A stretch of 64,000 nt of DNA from an uncultured Candidatus Binatia bacterium (GTDB lineage: Bacteria; Desulfobacterota; Binatia; UBA9968; JAJDTQ01): the NCBI GenBank assembly GCA_964291295.2, contig OZ219754.1, positions 640,001 through 704,000 on the forward strand, written 5' to 3'. The translations under genes were made by a program, and so were the position numbers. A model generated the notes under the pieces. It saw only the letters and a program-made list of their open reading frames with translations. It was not told the DNA's origin and made no database searches. Each line of letters starts with the position of its first letter. Position 1 is the stretch's first letter. Below, piece after piece: positions 41,044 through 51,919 of this stretch.

Positions 41044-42204
41044 CTACGGCAGTCCCAGGACCCGTCTGGCGGTGACATTGCGCTGGATCTCGCTGGTGCC
41101 GGCATAGATGGAGATGCGCCGGGCCTGGCGCCACAGCACCGACACATCCACCGGACCTTCCGGCGTCTCGAGCGGGCCGGCGCCGGCGGCGTGCTCGCCG
41201 GCGGCGTCCAGCAGAAGGTCGGCAATGCGCTGCACGATGTCCGTGGAGACGATCTTGATAAAGGAGGCGTCCGCACCGATGTCGCGCCCCGCGCGCGCCA
41301 GTTGCACCGCGTGGGCGAACACCGCCGACTGCGCCAGCACATCCAGTTCCGCCTGCGTCAGCCGCTCCTGGAACACCGGGTCGGCAAAGGCGCCGGTGGC
41401 CCGCGCCACCTTGCGCACGCGCTCCAGCATGTCCAGTGCCAGTTGCGGATTGGCGTTGCCAAGACGTTCCGAGTCCAGCAGCGCCTTGGCCACGCGCCAG
41501 CCGTCGTTCAGCTTCCCCACCACGTTGGCGAGCGGTACGCGCACATTGTCGAAGAACTCTTCGGCGAACTCCTCATCGTCCGCCAGCGTCCTGATGGGTC
41601 GGATGGTGATGCCCGGCGTCCGGAGGTCGATGAGCACCATGGAGATGCCCGACTGCTTGCGCGGTGCGTCCGGGTCCGTGCGCACCAGCGCGTACATCCA
41701 GTCGGCGTAGTGACCGCCGGTGGTCCATATCTTGTGGCCGTTGATGACGAGATGGTCGCCGTCGATCTCACCGCGGGTACGCAGGCTGGCCAGGTCGGAC
41801 CCCGCGCCGGGCTCGGAATAGCCCTGCGCCCACAGCACCTCCCCGGAGAGCATCCGGGGCAGGTGCTCCGCCTTCTGCTCCTCGGTGCCGTGACGGATCA
41901 GGATCGGCCCGATGTGCCCCACCGCCTGCCGCGACAGCACCGGCGCCCCGGCGCGCCCCAACTCCTCCTGAAGGATCAACTGCTGGTTTAGGGTGGCGTC
42001 CATGCCGCCGTACCGCGTGGGCCAGTTGGGCGCGATCCAGCCGCGTTCGCAGAGCTTGCGCTGCCACGGCCGGATCAGCTCCGGCGGCGGCCGGGTGGAC
42101 CAGCCCTTCAACTCCGGCGGCAGATTCTCCTCCAGCCAGCTCCGCACCTCCAGCCGGAACGCCGCGTCCTCCCTGGTGTCCGCCATGAAGCTGCCGGTGC
42201 TCAT
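41044..42204 (-). CDS. Acyl-CoA dehydrogenase family protein
   Basis: WAQGYSEPGAGSDLASL, INGHKIWT, IYAGTSEIQRN. Confidence 0.93.
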   Translation of the reverse strand: MSTGSFMADTREDAAFRLEVRSWLEENLPPELKGWSTRPPPELIRPWQRKLCERGWIAPNWPTRYGGMDATLNQQLILQEELGRAGAPVLSRQAVGHIGPILIRHGTEEQKAEHLPRMLSGEVLWAQGYSEPGAGSDLASLRTRGEIDGDHLVINGHKIWTTGGHYADWMYALVRTDPDAPRKQSGISMVLIDLRTPGITIRPIRTLADDEEFAEEFFDNVRVPLANVVGKLNDGWRVAKALLDSERLGNANPQLALDMLERVRKVARATGAFADPVFQERLTQAELDVLAQSAVFAHAVQLARAGRDIGADASFIKIVSTDIVQRIADLLLDAAGEHAAGAGPLETPEGPVDVSVLWRQARRISIYAGTSEIQRNVTARRVLGLP

Positions 42205-42284
42205 GCCGCGGACCCTACCAAAGCCCGCCGCGGTTGCAAAGTTGCCACCGCCGGACGTGCCGGCCTATACTCTCGCCCGGTCTC

Positions 42285-44474
42285 ATGAGCACGGAAAAGA
42301 TCGCGGCACTGTTGAATCCCACGAGCGTGGCCATCCTGGGGGCCAGGGAGAACCCCTCCGGATGGACGGCGCGCATCTTCGCCAACCTGGTCCGCTTCGG
42401 TTTTGACGGGCCGGTCCATCCGGTGAATCCCCGGCACGAGTCCATCTGGGGGGTGCGCTGCTTTCCCGACCTGCGCGCGCTGCCCGCGGTGCCCGACCAC
42501 CTGGTCGTGATGCGGGCGGCGGCCAGCGTCCCGGCGATCCTGCGGGAGGCCGCGTCCATGGGCACCCGGAGCGCGACCCTGTACGCCACCGGTTTCGCCG
42601 AAACCGGCACCGACGCCGGCCGCGCACTCGAAGCGGAACTGCGCGCGGCCATCGAGGAGACCGGCCTCGCCGTTTCCGGACCCAACTGTCTCGGCAATCT
42701 GTCGGCCCGCGCCCGCCTGCTGACCCTGCCGGACGACCGGGTGCGGGAACTCGTCCCCGGCCCCGTGGCCATGGTGGGTCAAAGCGGCACCACCACGCCC
42801 GGCATCGCGCGCACGCTGATGGACCGGGGCATGGACGTGAGCTACGTGATCACCAGCGGCAACGAGACCGGCCTCATCACCGCCGACTACATCCGCTACT
42901 TCGTCACCGACCCGGAGGTTCGGCTGATCTTCTGCCTGGTGGAGGCGGTGCGCCGGGCCGAGGATTTTCTCGCCGCGTGCCGCGCCGCCCGGGACGCCGG
43001 CAAGCCGGTGGTGGTGCTCAAGATGGGGGTGTCCGAAGGCGGGCGCCGCGCGGCGCTGTCCCACACCGGCTCCCTGGCCGGCCGGGTGGAGGCCTTCGAC
43101 GCCGTCGCCGGCCCGGCGGGCGTCATCCGCGTCGAGAGTGCCGACGGCGCCATCGACGTCATCGAACTGCTGCTGCATGCGGGCGCGCCGCGCGGCGAGG
43201 AAACGGGCGTGCTGGTGTCCTCCGGCGGCGTCCGCGGCCTGGTGGAGGACGCCGCCCACCGACACCGGGTGCCCTTGCCCGAGTTCGCGCCCGAAACACG
43301 CGCACGGCTCCGGGACCTTCTGGGCAAGAACCAGACCATCAGCAACCCCCTGGACGCCAACGGCTATCTCAACCGCCCGCTGCAGGAGGTGCTGAAGGTG
43401 GTGGAGGCCGTCCATGCCGACCCCGGCGTGGACATGATCGTGTTTCAGGAAGACCTGCCGCCCCACGCGGGCACCAACGACGCCAACCGCCGGCGCGCCG
43501 CGCGGGTCCTGGCAACCCTGGAGGCCATCGACCAGCGCTTCCTCGGCCCCGGCGGCAAACCTTTCGGGCTGATCTCCGCGGCATCCTGCGATCTTACGGA
43601 GTTCGGCCGCGCCGCCCGGCATCGTTTCCCCCACATGTCCTGTCTCAACGAACCCGAACGGGCGTTTCGCGCCATCCGGGCGGTACTGGACCATGGCCGG
43701 AACAGACGCGAGGTCGACGTCGCGACGGCGACCGAGGTGCCCGCCGCATGGACGGAACGCATCGCGGCGCTGCGACAGCGGGCCGAGACCGCGCACGCCG
43801 CCTTTCCCCTGAGCGAGCCCGAATCCAAGGAACTGGTGGGCGCCTTCGGGGTTCCGCTGATCGAGGAAGGACTGGCGCGCACCGAGCGGGAAGCGTGCGG
43901 CATTGCCGAGCGCCTCGGCTGGCCGGTGGTGGTCAAGGGGGTGGCTGCGGCGCTCACCCACAAGAGCGACGCCGGCGCCGTGCGCACGGGTCTGACCGGC
44001 GCCGCACAGGTGCGGCAAGCCTGCCGGGACATCGCCGGCAACGTCGCGGCCTGCGAGCCCGGCATCCGGCTGGAAGGCTGGCTGGTGGCCCGGATGGCGC
44101 CGCCGGGCCTCGAGCTCGTGCTGGGCATTCAGCAAGACCCCGAGATGGGCGCCGTGGTCATGTTCGGAGCGGGCGGCGTGTGGCTGGAGCTCGTGAGGGA
44201 CGTCGCCTTCGGACCGCCCGGAATCAACGCCGCGGCCGCCGCCCGGCTCATGGACTCCACCCGCGTCGGGCGGCTGCTGGACGGATACCGCGGCAAAGGC
44301 CCCTGGGACCGCGACGCCGTCGTCGGTGCCCTGGTGTCCCTGGGACGCCTGGCGGAAGCGGCCGGCGGGGTGATCGAGAGCCTGGACATCAATCCTTTCC
44401 TGGCACACCCCAGGGGGGCGGGTGGCCAGGCTCTGGATGCGCTGGTGGTGATCGGGCCGGGGGCAGGCCGTTGA
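42285..44474 (+). CDS. Acetate--CoA ligase family (NDP-forming acyl-CoA synthetase, fused alpha/beta)
   Basis: GPNCLG, QSG, SGNE, SHTGSLAG, NPLD, HKSDAGAV, DINP. Confidence 0.92.
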   Translation: MSTEKIAALLNPTSVAILGARENPSGWTARIFANLVRFGFDGPVHPVNPRHESIWGVRCFPDLRALPAVPDHLVVMRAAASVPAILREAASMGTRSATLYATGFAETGTDAGRALEAELRAAIEETGLAVSGPNCLGNLSARARLLTLPDDRVRELVPGPVAMVGQSGTTTPGIARTLMDRGMDVSYVITSGNETGLITADYIRYFVTDPEVRLIFCLVEAVRRAEDFLAACRAARDAGKPVVVLKMGVSEGGRRAALSHTGSLAGRVEAFDAVAGPAGVIRVESADGAIDVIELLLHAGAPRGEETGVLVSSGGVRGLVEDAAHRHRVPLPEFAPETRARLRDLLGKNQTISNPLDANGYLNRPLQEVLKVVEAVHADPGVDMIVFQEDLPPHAGTNDANRRRAARVLATLEAIDQRFLGPGGKPFGLISAASCDLTEFGRAARHRFPHMSCLNEPERAFRAIRAVLDHGRNRREVDVATATEVPAAWTERIAALRQRAETAHAAFPLSEPESKELVGAFGVPLIEEGLARTEREACGIAERLGWPVVVKGVAAALTHKSDAGAVRTGLTGAAQVRQACRDIAGNVAACEPGIRLEGWLVARMAPPGLELVLGIQQDPEMGAVVMFGAGGVWLELVRDVAFGPPGINAAAAARLMDSTRVGRLLDGYRGKGPWDRDAVVGALVSLGRLAEAAGGVIESLDINPFLAHPRGAGGQALDALVVIGPGAGR

Positions 44475-44534
44475 CCTGTCGGGACGCCGGGTTCGCAACC
44501 ATGCGGCACGGATTGACACCAGAGAGGTGACGGC

Positions 44535-45668
44535 ATGGAACTCGTCCTCGACGAGGCACAGACCATTCTTCGGGAGAGCGCGGACAAGCTCGTCCAACGG
44601 CATGCCGGGCCGGCCCGCTTCCGGGAACTGCGCACGGCCGAGCACGGATTCGAACCGGCCCGGCTTGCGGTGGCGGCGGAGGCCGGCTGGCTCGCGCTGC
44701 TGGTGCCGGAGGAGCGGGACGGCCTGGGCCTGGGCGCCACCGAGGCGGCCCTGGTGCTCGAATCCGCCGGCCGGGGCCTCATGACCGAACCCCTGGCGGC
44801 GATGATGGCGGCGGCGCGGGCCATGGCCGACGGACCGGAGGCGATGGACGCGACCCTGCAAGCACTCCTGTGCGGCCGCTCCATCATACTCCCCGCACTG
44901 CACGATGCCGCCGCGGCGGAGCCGGAGGGGGGGCGCGTCCGGGCCGCGGCCGCGGGCGGCGGCTTCACCCTTGCCGGCAGCACCGGCGCGGTTCCCGGTG
45001 GCAACGCAGCGGCCGGATTCGTCGTCGAGGCCCGGGGCGATGACGGCCCGGTGGTGTGTCTGGTACCGCGCGAGGCGGCCGGGCTGGAGGTCGCGTCACG
45101 CCGGCGCGTGGACGGCACCGGCCACGCGACCCTGTCGCTGCACGATGTCGCCGTGTCCGAAAACGCATTGATCGCCAGCGGCGGGCGGGGCGCGGCGGTG
45201 GCCGCGGCCACGCTGGACCTGCTGCTGCTGGGGACGTCGGCCACCATGCTCGGCATCATGGAACAGGGGCTGGCACTGGCGCTGGACTACCTGGGAACGC
45301 GCGAGCAGTTCGGCCGGCCCATCGGCTCGTTTCAGGCGCTCCAGCACCGGGCGGTCAACGACCACGTCGCCATCGAGCTCACCCGCTCCCTGCTCTATCA
45401 GGTGTGCGCGGCCATGGACGCGGGGCGCGGCAACCACGCCATGGCGGCCGCGGTGAAGGCCCGGGCCTCGGACGCGGTGCTCTCGGTGACCCGGTCCATG
45501 GTGCAGCTGCACGGCGCCATCGGCTTCACCGACGAATACGACGCGAGCCTCTATCTGCGGCGGGCCATGGTGCTGTCGTCCGAATACGGCAACGCGGCCC
45601 GGCACCGCCGGCGTTACGCCCGGTTGTCGTCCCGGGCGGCGTCACCCCCGCGAGGCACGGGACGGTAG
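44535..45668 (+). CDS. Acyl-CoA dehydrogenase family protein (heteromeric partner type)
   Basis: REQFGRPIGSFQALQHR, QLHGAIGFTDE; GAGG RBS. Confidence 0.9.
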   Translation: MELVLDEAQTILRESADKLVQRHAGPARFRELRTAEHGFEPARLAVAAEAGWLALLVPEERDGLGLGATEAALVLESAGRGLMTEPLAAMMAAARAMADGPEAMDATLQALLCGRSIILPALHDAAAAEPEGGRVRAAAAGGGFTLAGSTGAVPGGNAAAGFVVEARGDDGPVVCLVPREAAGLEVASRRRVDGTGHATLSLHDVAVSENALIASGGRGAAVAAATLDLLLLGTSATMLGIMEQGLALALDYLGTREQFGRPIGSFQALQHRAVNDHVAIELTRSLLYQVCAAMDAGRGNHAMAAAVKARASDAVLSVTRSMVQLHGAIGFTDEYDASLYLRRAMVLSSEYGNAARHRRRYARLSSRAASPPRGTGR

Positions 45669-46035
45669 AGGGGAACCCCGGCCCGGCCGCGCGGAAGCCC
45701 AGCCAACGACGAACACTGAGATCCAGGTCATCGGTCCATCGTGTTGCCTGCGCTTCCGGTCGCACAGCCCGGGGCCTTGTCCCCGGCGGCACCGGACCCG
45801 CCGTTGGCCCGAGCGGCACCGGGAGCGCATGCGAGCGGTTGCTGCTTGACACCGCATTCCGCCGACTCGGCGAGGCTCCCGCCGGCGGCCCGCGCCGCCT
45901 CTCGGAGCGGAACGGTCGCATTCCTGCGGTCGTACTCTTGACTTCGAGCCTGTCGGACTCGCCCGCACCGGCGTCGGGGCGCCCGGCTCCCGGCGCCGGG
46001 GAGCCGTTGTATCCATACCCGCCGCCGATGCCGGG

Positions 46036-47256
46036 TCAGACACGGGAGCCGGCTTGCAGCGCGTCCTCCCGGACGCGCCGCAGAAACGGCAGCGGCACCA
46101 CGATGGCCAGGGCCAGGGCGATCCAGGCCATCTCGTACGAGTCGGTGCGGTCGGCGATGAAGCCGAAGGCCGGGGGCAGTGCCACGACACCGGCAAAGGC
46201 CACGGTGTTGGTCAGGCCGATGGCGGCGCCGGCGTCGCGGGCACCCACGACCTTGGCCACCAGAGCAAGATAGAGTCCCTGCCAGCTCATGGTGCCCAGG
46301 CCCAGGAGGGACACCACCACGGCCACGGGCCACGCGGACATGCCGGGCGCCAGCAGCGCCGTGGCCACGCCGGCGCCGGCGCCCAGGAGCGCCAGCATCA
46401 CCAGAACGGGCACGCGCCGCCCGTGGAAGAGCCTGTCGCTGACGATGCCGAAGCCGATGCGGCCAACCCCGCCGCAGGCCTGCCCCGCTGCCAGCAGCGC
46501 GGCGGCGAAGACCAGCGAGAAGCGCACGTCCTCGGTGAGATACAGTTCGATGTAGCTGATGTAGCACCACTGGCATCCCGCCAGCACCGCGGCGTAGAAC
46601 GCCCCCGCCCAGATGTCCCCGCGCCGGACGATCTGCCGCAGGCCCACCGCGGGCACTGCGGCGTCCGCAACCGGCGCCCGCTCGGGTTCCCGGTAGCAAA
46701 GCAGCACCAGCGCCCCGGCGGCCACCGTGACCACGCCCACCACGGACAGGGCCGGGCGCCAGCCGTGGACCAGGCCCAGGGACGGCAGCGTGAGCGCCGC
46801 GATGGTGCCGCCCAGGGGGATGCCGGTCTGGCGGATGCCCATGGCGGTGCCGCGCTCGCGTTCGGGGAACCATCCGGCGATGGCCTTGCTGCCGGCCGGG
46901 GTGCCGGTGGCGATGGGAATTCCCAGCAGCGCGAAGAGGACCAGGAGCCCGGGAAAGTCCCGCGCCAGGAAGACCGCCAGCACCAGCACGCCGCAGGCCG
47001 CGGTGCCGTAGCCGATGATGCGCCGCTCGCCGTAGCGGTCCGCCGCCTTGCCCGCGGCCAGCACGGCGCCCACGACACCGACATTGATCATGGCAACGAG
47101 CACGCCCACCTCGGTGAGGTTCAGCGACAGCTCGTCCTGGATGAGCGGCACCAGCGTCGGGATGCCCATGTGGATGGTCGCCAGCGCGGTCTGCGCCAAC
47201 GTCGTGACGAACAGATGGAACCAGCGCCGGGGTGACGGTGAGAGAGACCGTTTCAC
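46036..47256 (-). CDS. MFS transporter (start uncertain)
   Basis: About 12 hydrophobic segments, GKAADRYGER, WFPERERGTAMG, GIVSDRLF. Confidence 0.9.
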   Translation of the reverse strand: MKRSLSPSPRRWFHLFVTTLAQTALATIHMGIPTLVPLIQDELSLNLTEVGVLVAMINVGVVGAVLAAGKAADRYGERRIIGYGTAACGVLVLAVFLARDFPGLLVLFALLGIPIATGTPAGSKAIAGWFPERERGTAMGIRQTGIPLGGTIAALTLPSLGLVHGWRPALSVVGVVTVAAGALVLLCYREPERAPVADAAVPAVGLRQIVRRGDIWAGAFYAAVLAGCQWCYISYIELYLTEDVRFSLVFAAALLAAGQACGGVGRIGFGIVSDRLFHGRRVPVLVMLALLGAGAGVATALLAPGMSAWPVAVVVSLLGLGTMSWQGLYLALVAKVVGARDAGAAIGLTNTVAFAGVVALPPAFGFIADRTDSYEMAWIALALAIVVPLPFLRRVREDALQAGSRV

Positions 47257-47468
47257 ATTCCCTGGGATGGCTGAAGTGAGCCGGGCTGACGGCGCCGGCA
47301 TGAACCGTCCGTGGGCGCGCCGGGGCGAGCGTGGCGCATCACGCCAGATTTGCGTCTACCCTGCCAAAGGGTTAGGGTCGTTTGTCTGAACTCCGTCAGG
47401 GAAGGGGCACACGGCGTGCCCGCGCGGCGTGCCCGCGTTGTCCCGCGGACATGGATCGACGCCCACTC

Positions 47469-48887
47469 ATGGAACCGGACATGGAACCGGAAACCGATCG
47501 GCTGCGCGAGCTTCCCTCCGTGCACCGCATCATGAACCACCCGGCCGCGGGGCCGTTGCTGGAGCGGTTCAACCGGCCGTTCGTGACCGAGACGCTGCGC
47601 AGCCTCATCGACGAGCTGCGGGGGGCCATCAGGTCCGGCCAAGCCCTTCCGCCCGACCGGCTGCAGGACGACTCTATCATAACCGACCTGGAAAGGAAGC
47701 TCGCCCGAGCCGCCCGACCGGGCATGGTCCGGGTGGTGAACGCTTCCGGAACCATCCTCCACACCAATCTGGGACGCGCGCTGCTTTCGGAAAATGCGGC
47801 CGCGGCCGTCGGACTCGCCGCCCGTTACCCCGTCAACCTGGAGTTCGACCTCCACCGGGGCAAGCGGGGAAAACGGGAGGCGGCCATCGAGTCGGCGCTC
47901 GTCGGACTGACCGGGGCGGAGGCGGCGACGGCGGTGAACAACAACGCGGCGGCCGTGCTGCTGGGTCTCAATTCCATGGCCGAAGGCAGACACGTCATCG
48001 TCTCCCGGGGCGAACTCATCGAGATCGGCGGCTCCTTCCGGCTCCCGGAGATCATGGCCAAGAGCGGCGCCATCCTCCGGGAGGTGGGCACCACCAACCG
48101 CACCCACCCCCGGGATTACGCCGAAGCCATCGACGGGAACACGGGCCTGCTGCTCAAGGTGCACACCAGCAACTACCGGGTGGCGGGCTTCGCCGCGGAG
48201 GTGGCCCTCGGGGACCTGGTGGCCATGGGCCGGGAGCGCGGGGTGCCGGTGATGGAGGATCTGGGCAGCGGCGCGCTGGTGGATCTCGCAGCCTTCGGGC
48301 TGCCGCGGGAGCCGCTGGTGGCGGAGCGGGTGGCCATGGGCGCGGACGTGGTCACCTTCAGCGGCGACAAGATCCTCGGCGGACCCCAGGCAGGGCTCGC
48401 GGCCGGCCGCAGGGCGTGGATCGAGCGCATGAACCACAACCCGCTCAAGCGCGCCCTGCGCTGCGACAAGCTGACGCTGGCCGCGCTGGAGGCGACGTTG
48501 CGAAGCTATGTCCAGTCCCCCGACCTGCGGAACGAGATCCCGGCGCTCCGGGCCTTGAGCCGCCCCCTCGACGAGATCGAGAAAAGCGGCCGGCGAGTGT
48601 TGCCGCGGCTGCGGGAACGACTGGGACCGGACTACGCGCTGGAGTTGGTGGACGCCACCTGCCAGATCGGCAGCGGCGCCCTCCCCACCGAGGAGATCCC
48701 GAGCAAGGGCATCGCCGTCCGCGGCCGCGGCATGAGCGCCGACCAGGTGGCCCGGGTCTTTCGCGGCGCCGATCCGCCCGTCATCGGCCGCATCCACGGC
48801 GACCGCTTCCTTCTCGATCTCAGAAGCGCCGGCGACCCCGAGTCCCTGGTGCCCCACCTCCGGGAACCCCGGGACCGCGGGCGGTGA
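47469..48887 (+). CDS. selA: L-seryl-tRNA(Sec) selenium transferase
   Basis: NASGTILHTNLGRA, VNNNAAA, SRGELIEIGGSFR, EVGTTNRT, FSGDKILGGPQAG; start 47469 or 47481. Confidence 0.97.
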   Translation: MEPDMEPETDRLRELPSVHRIMNHPAAGPLLERFNRPFVTETLRSLIDELRGAIRSGQALPPDRLQDDSIITDLERKLARAARPGMVRVVNASGTILHTNLGRALLSENAAAAVGLAARYPVNLEFDLHRGKRGKREAAIESALVGLTGAEAATAVNNNAAAVLLGLNSMAEGRHVIVSRGELIEIGGSFRLPEIMAKSGAILREVGTTNRTHPRDYAEAIDGNTGLLLKVHTSNYRVAGFAAEVALGDLVAMGRERGVPVMEDLGSGALVDLAAFGLPREPLVAERVAMGADVVTFSGDKILGGPQAGLAAGRRAWIERMNHNPLKRALRCDKLTLAALEATLRSYVQSPDLRNEIPALRALSRPLDEIEKSGRRVLPRLRERLGPDYALELVDATCQIGSGALPTEEIPSKGIAVRGRGMSADQVARVFRGADPPVIGRIHGDRFLLDLRSAGDPESLVPHLREPRDRGR

Positions 48888-48914
48888 CGCTGGCGCTCGC
48901 CTCCCCACCACGCC

Positions 48915-50825
48915 ATGCCGTACATCATCGGAACCGCCGGCCACATCGACCACGGGAAGACGAGCCTCATCAAGGCCCTCACCGGCAAGGACACCGACCG
49001 CCTCAAGGAAGAGAAGGAGCGCGGCATCTCCATCGACCTGGGGTTCGCCCACCTGCCGCTTCCGGACGGCAGCGAGGCGGGCATCGTCGACGTGCCCGGC
49101 CACGAACGCTTCATCCGCAACATGCTGGCCGGCGCCCACGGCATCGACCTCGTGCTGTTCACGGTGGCCGCGGACGACGGCGTGATGCCGCAGACCGAGG
49201 AACACCTGGACATCGTCCATCTGCTGGGCGTGCGCAGCGCCCTGTTCGTGGTCACCAAGGTGGACCTGGTGCCGGCGGCGCGGGTGCGGGAAGTGGAGGA
49301 GGAGATCGAGATCCTGACCTTCGAGACGGCGCTGGAAGGCTCGCCGGTGGCGCACTTCTCGGCGGTTTCGGGGGAAGGGCTGGAACAGGTCCGAAGCGGC
49401 ATCTTCGACTCGCTGGCAGGCATCCACCGGCCGGCTCCCAGCGGCTTCTTCCGGCTGCCGGTGGACCGGATGTTCGTGCTCCAGGGACATGGGGTCATCG
49501 TCACCGGAACCGGACTGGCCGGCGAGGTGCGCACCGGCGACCACGTCCAGGCGGTGCCGGGCGGCCAGAAGTTCCGCGTGCGCAGCATCCAGGTCCACGG
49601 CCAGTCGGTGGAGTCCGCCGGCTGGGGCCAGCGCGTGGCCCTCAATCTCACCGGCCAGGAGCGCGGCGCGCTGGAGCGCGGCCACATGATCTGCCACCAG
49701 GAACTGACCCTGGCGTCGGTGCGGTTCGACGCGCACCTGGAAGTGCGGCCCGCGGCCGCCAAGGGGATACGGAACCACCAGCGGGTGCGGATTCACCTGG
49801 GCACGGCCGAGCGCATGAGCAAGCTGATCCTGCTGGGAGACGCCGAGAAGGTGGAGCCCCGGGAAAAGGCCTACTGCCAGGTGCTGCTGACCGAGCCGCT
49901 GCTGGTCATGCGCGGCGACCACTTCATCGTGCGCGACGAGACCGCGCAACGGACCTTGGGCGGCGGCGAGGTCATCGACCCCCGGGCGCCCCGGCACCGG
50001 CGCCGGGAGAAGGACGTCGCGCAGCGCCTGCGCATCCTGCGGGAGGGCGATACGCCCGCCATGATCCGCAGCTTCCTGGACGGGGACGAGACCTTGGCCA
50101 CCGGGGTCGATTCCATCTGCCAGTTCCTCAACCTCAGGAAAGAGGCGGCGCGAAGCTGGCTGGAACGGACCGAGGGGCTCCGCGCCTTCGATTCCGAGAG
50201 GGAGCGGGTCTATACGACGGAACGGAAGTGGAACGGATTCCGGGAGCGGCTTCGCGCCACCCTGGAGGCCCACCACGAGCGCCATCCGCTGGCGCCGGGA
50301 ATGGATCTCGAAGAGATGCGGGCGAGACTCGCCGGCCGCTTGTCGGTGCGGCTGTTCCGCGACCTGGCGGACCTCCTGGCAGCCGAGGGCGTGTGCGTCC
50401 GGGAAGGCAACCACTTGCGGCTGCCCGGGCACCGGGTGGAGATGAGCGCCCGGGAGAAGACGCTGTCCGGAAAGATCCACGCGGCGCTGGCCAGAACTCC
50501 GCTGGCCCCGCCCTACCTGAAGGAGATGGAGAAGGCCCTGGGGGTGGAGCGGCCGAAACTCAACGAGGTCATCCGGGTCATGGAACGGCAGGGAGAGATC
50601 GTCCGGGTGACCACCGAACTGTACTACCTCAAGGATTCCATTGACAGGATCAGGACCGATTTATATAGCTATTTCAAGGATCACGAGGAGATGAGCGCGG
50701 CCACCTTCAGGGATCTCCTTCAGTCGAGCCGCAAGTACACCATTCCCGTCCTGGAGCATTTCGACCGCACCGGCGTCACCATGCGGGTGGGAGATGTGCG
50801 AAAGCTCAAGGCGGGAAGAAACTGA
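48915..50825 (+). CDS. selB: Selenocysteine-specific elongation factor
   Basis: GTAGHIDHGKT, RGISIDLGF, DVPGHERF, C-terminal winged-helix SRKYTIPVLEHFD. Confidence 0.97.
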   Translation: MPYIIGTAGHIDHGKTSLIKALTGKDTDRLKEEKERGISIDLGFAHLPLPDGSEAGIVDVPGHERFIRNMLAGAHGIDLVLFTVAADDGVMPQTEEHLDIVHLLGVRSALFVVTKVDLVPAARVREVEEEIEILTFETALEGSPVAHFSAVSGEGLEQVRSGIFDSLAGIHRPAPSGFFRLPVDRMFVLQGHGVIVTGTGLAGEVRTGDHVQAVPGGQKFRVRSIQVHGQSVESAGWGQRVALNLTGQERGALERGHMICHQELTLASVRFDAHLEVRPAAAKGIRNHQRVRIHLGTAERMSKLILLGDAEKVEPREKAYCQVLLTEPLLVMRGDHFIVRDETAQRTLGGGEVIDPRAPRHRRREKDVAQRLRILREGDTPAMIRSFLDGDETLATGVDSICQFLNLRKEAARSWLERTEGLRAFDSERERVYTTERKWNGFRERLRATLEAHHERHPLAPGMDLEEMRARLAGRLSVRLFRDLADLLAAEGVCVREGNHLRLPGHRVEMSAREKTLSGKIHAALARTPLAPPYLKEMEKALGVERPKLNEVIRVMERQGEIVRVTTELYYLKDSIDRIRTDLYSYFKDHEEMSAATFRDLLQSSRKYTIPVLEHFDRTGVTMRVGDVRKLKAGRN

Positions 50826-50865
50826 TGGCCCCCCAACCCGGACCCGCGGTCCGAAGGAGCCAGCC

Positions 50866-51912
50866 ATGAACATGGAAGCCATCCGGCTGACCCAGGAAGT
50901 CAAGGCCGCCGGCTGAGCGGCCAAGCTCGGCCCCGCCGACCTGGTGCAGGTCCTGCACCGACTTCCCCGATTCGCATCCCCCGAGCTGCTGGTAGGCACC
51001 GAGACGGCCGACGACGCCGGCGTTTACCAGTTGCGTCCCGACCTGGCCATCGTCAACACCGTGGACTTCTTCACGCCCATCGTCGACGACCCCTGCATGT
51101 TCGGCCAGATCGCTGCCGCCAACTCCCTCAGCGACGTGTACGCCATGGGCGGCGAGCCCGTCACGGCCCTCAACATCGTCTGCTTCCCCAAGGGCAAGAT
51201 GGACATCGAGGTCCTGGGCGAAGTGCTGCGAGGCGGTGCCGACAAGGTGATGGAGTCCGGCGCGGTCATCGCCGGCGGCCACTCCATCATCGACGAAGAG
51301 ATCAAGTACGGCCTGGCCGTCACCGGCACGGTCCACCCCGACGGCGTCCTGCGCAACGTCGGCGCCCTTGAGGGCGACGTGCTGATCCTCACCAAGCCCT
51401 TGGGAACCGGCATCGCCACCACCGCCCTCAAGCGCGGCAATGCCTCCAGGGCGAGCATCGACCATGCGGTGGCGTCCATGGCGACGCTCAACAAATACGC
51501 CGCCGCGGTCATGAAGGACTACGATATCCACGCCTGCTCCGACATCACCGGCTACGGCCTGCTGGGCCACGGCCTGGAGATGACCGGCGACGGCCGCATC
51601 AGCATCGTCTTCGAGTCCGCCCGGCTGCCGATATTTCAGGACATCGCCGAACTCGCCGCGGCCGGCAACCTTACCGGAGGTTGCAAGCGCAACCGCGAGT
51701 ACCTCCACGACAAGATGGTCATCGACAGCGGCGTCTCCGACGCCCTGGCCGAGATCGCCCTCGATCCCCAGACCTCCGGCGGCCTGCTCATGGCCGTGGC
51801 CGAGAAGGACGGCGAACGGCTGGTCCGCGCACTCGCGGACCGCAACGTCCCGGCGGCGGCCATCGTTGGACACGTCACCGGACGGGAGGCGTATGGGGTA
51901 CGGCTGGCGTAA
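50866..51912 (+). CDS. selD: Selenide, water dikinase; selenoprotein (UGA at 50914-50916 = Sec17)
   Basis: AAGGAG RBS, MNMEAIRLTQEVKAAG-U-AAKLGP in frame with the track ORF; DDAGVY, DFFTPIVDD, GGHS, DPQTSGGLL. Confidence 0.95.
50938..50959 (+). promoter_or_regulatory. Candidate bacterial SECIS hairpin of selD
   Basis: GGTGCAG-GTC-CTGCACC (50943-50959) and overlapping GACCTG-GTG-CAGGTC, 21-43 nt after the UGA. Confidence 0.65.
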
Positions 51913-51919
51913 GGCGGGT

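Noticed and set aside
42201-44903. 900-aa minus-strand ORF
   Set aside because: Antisense shadow of the CoA ligase
45669-46035. Possible ncRNA in the gap between convergent genes
   Set aside because: Only short GC-rich hairpins; no recognisable RNA family motif
47253-50644. Very long ORFs 47253-50480 (-) and 47429-50644 (+)
   Set aside because: Antisense and off-frame shadows of selA/selB in GC-rich DNA; no motifs
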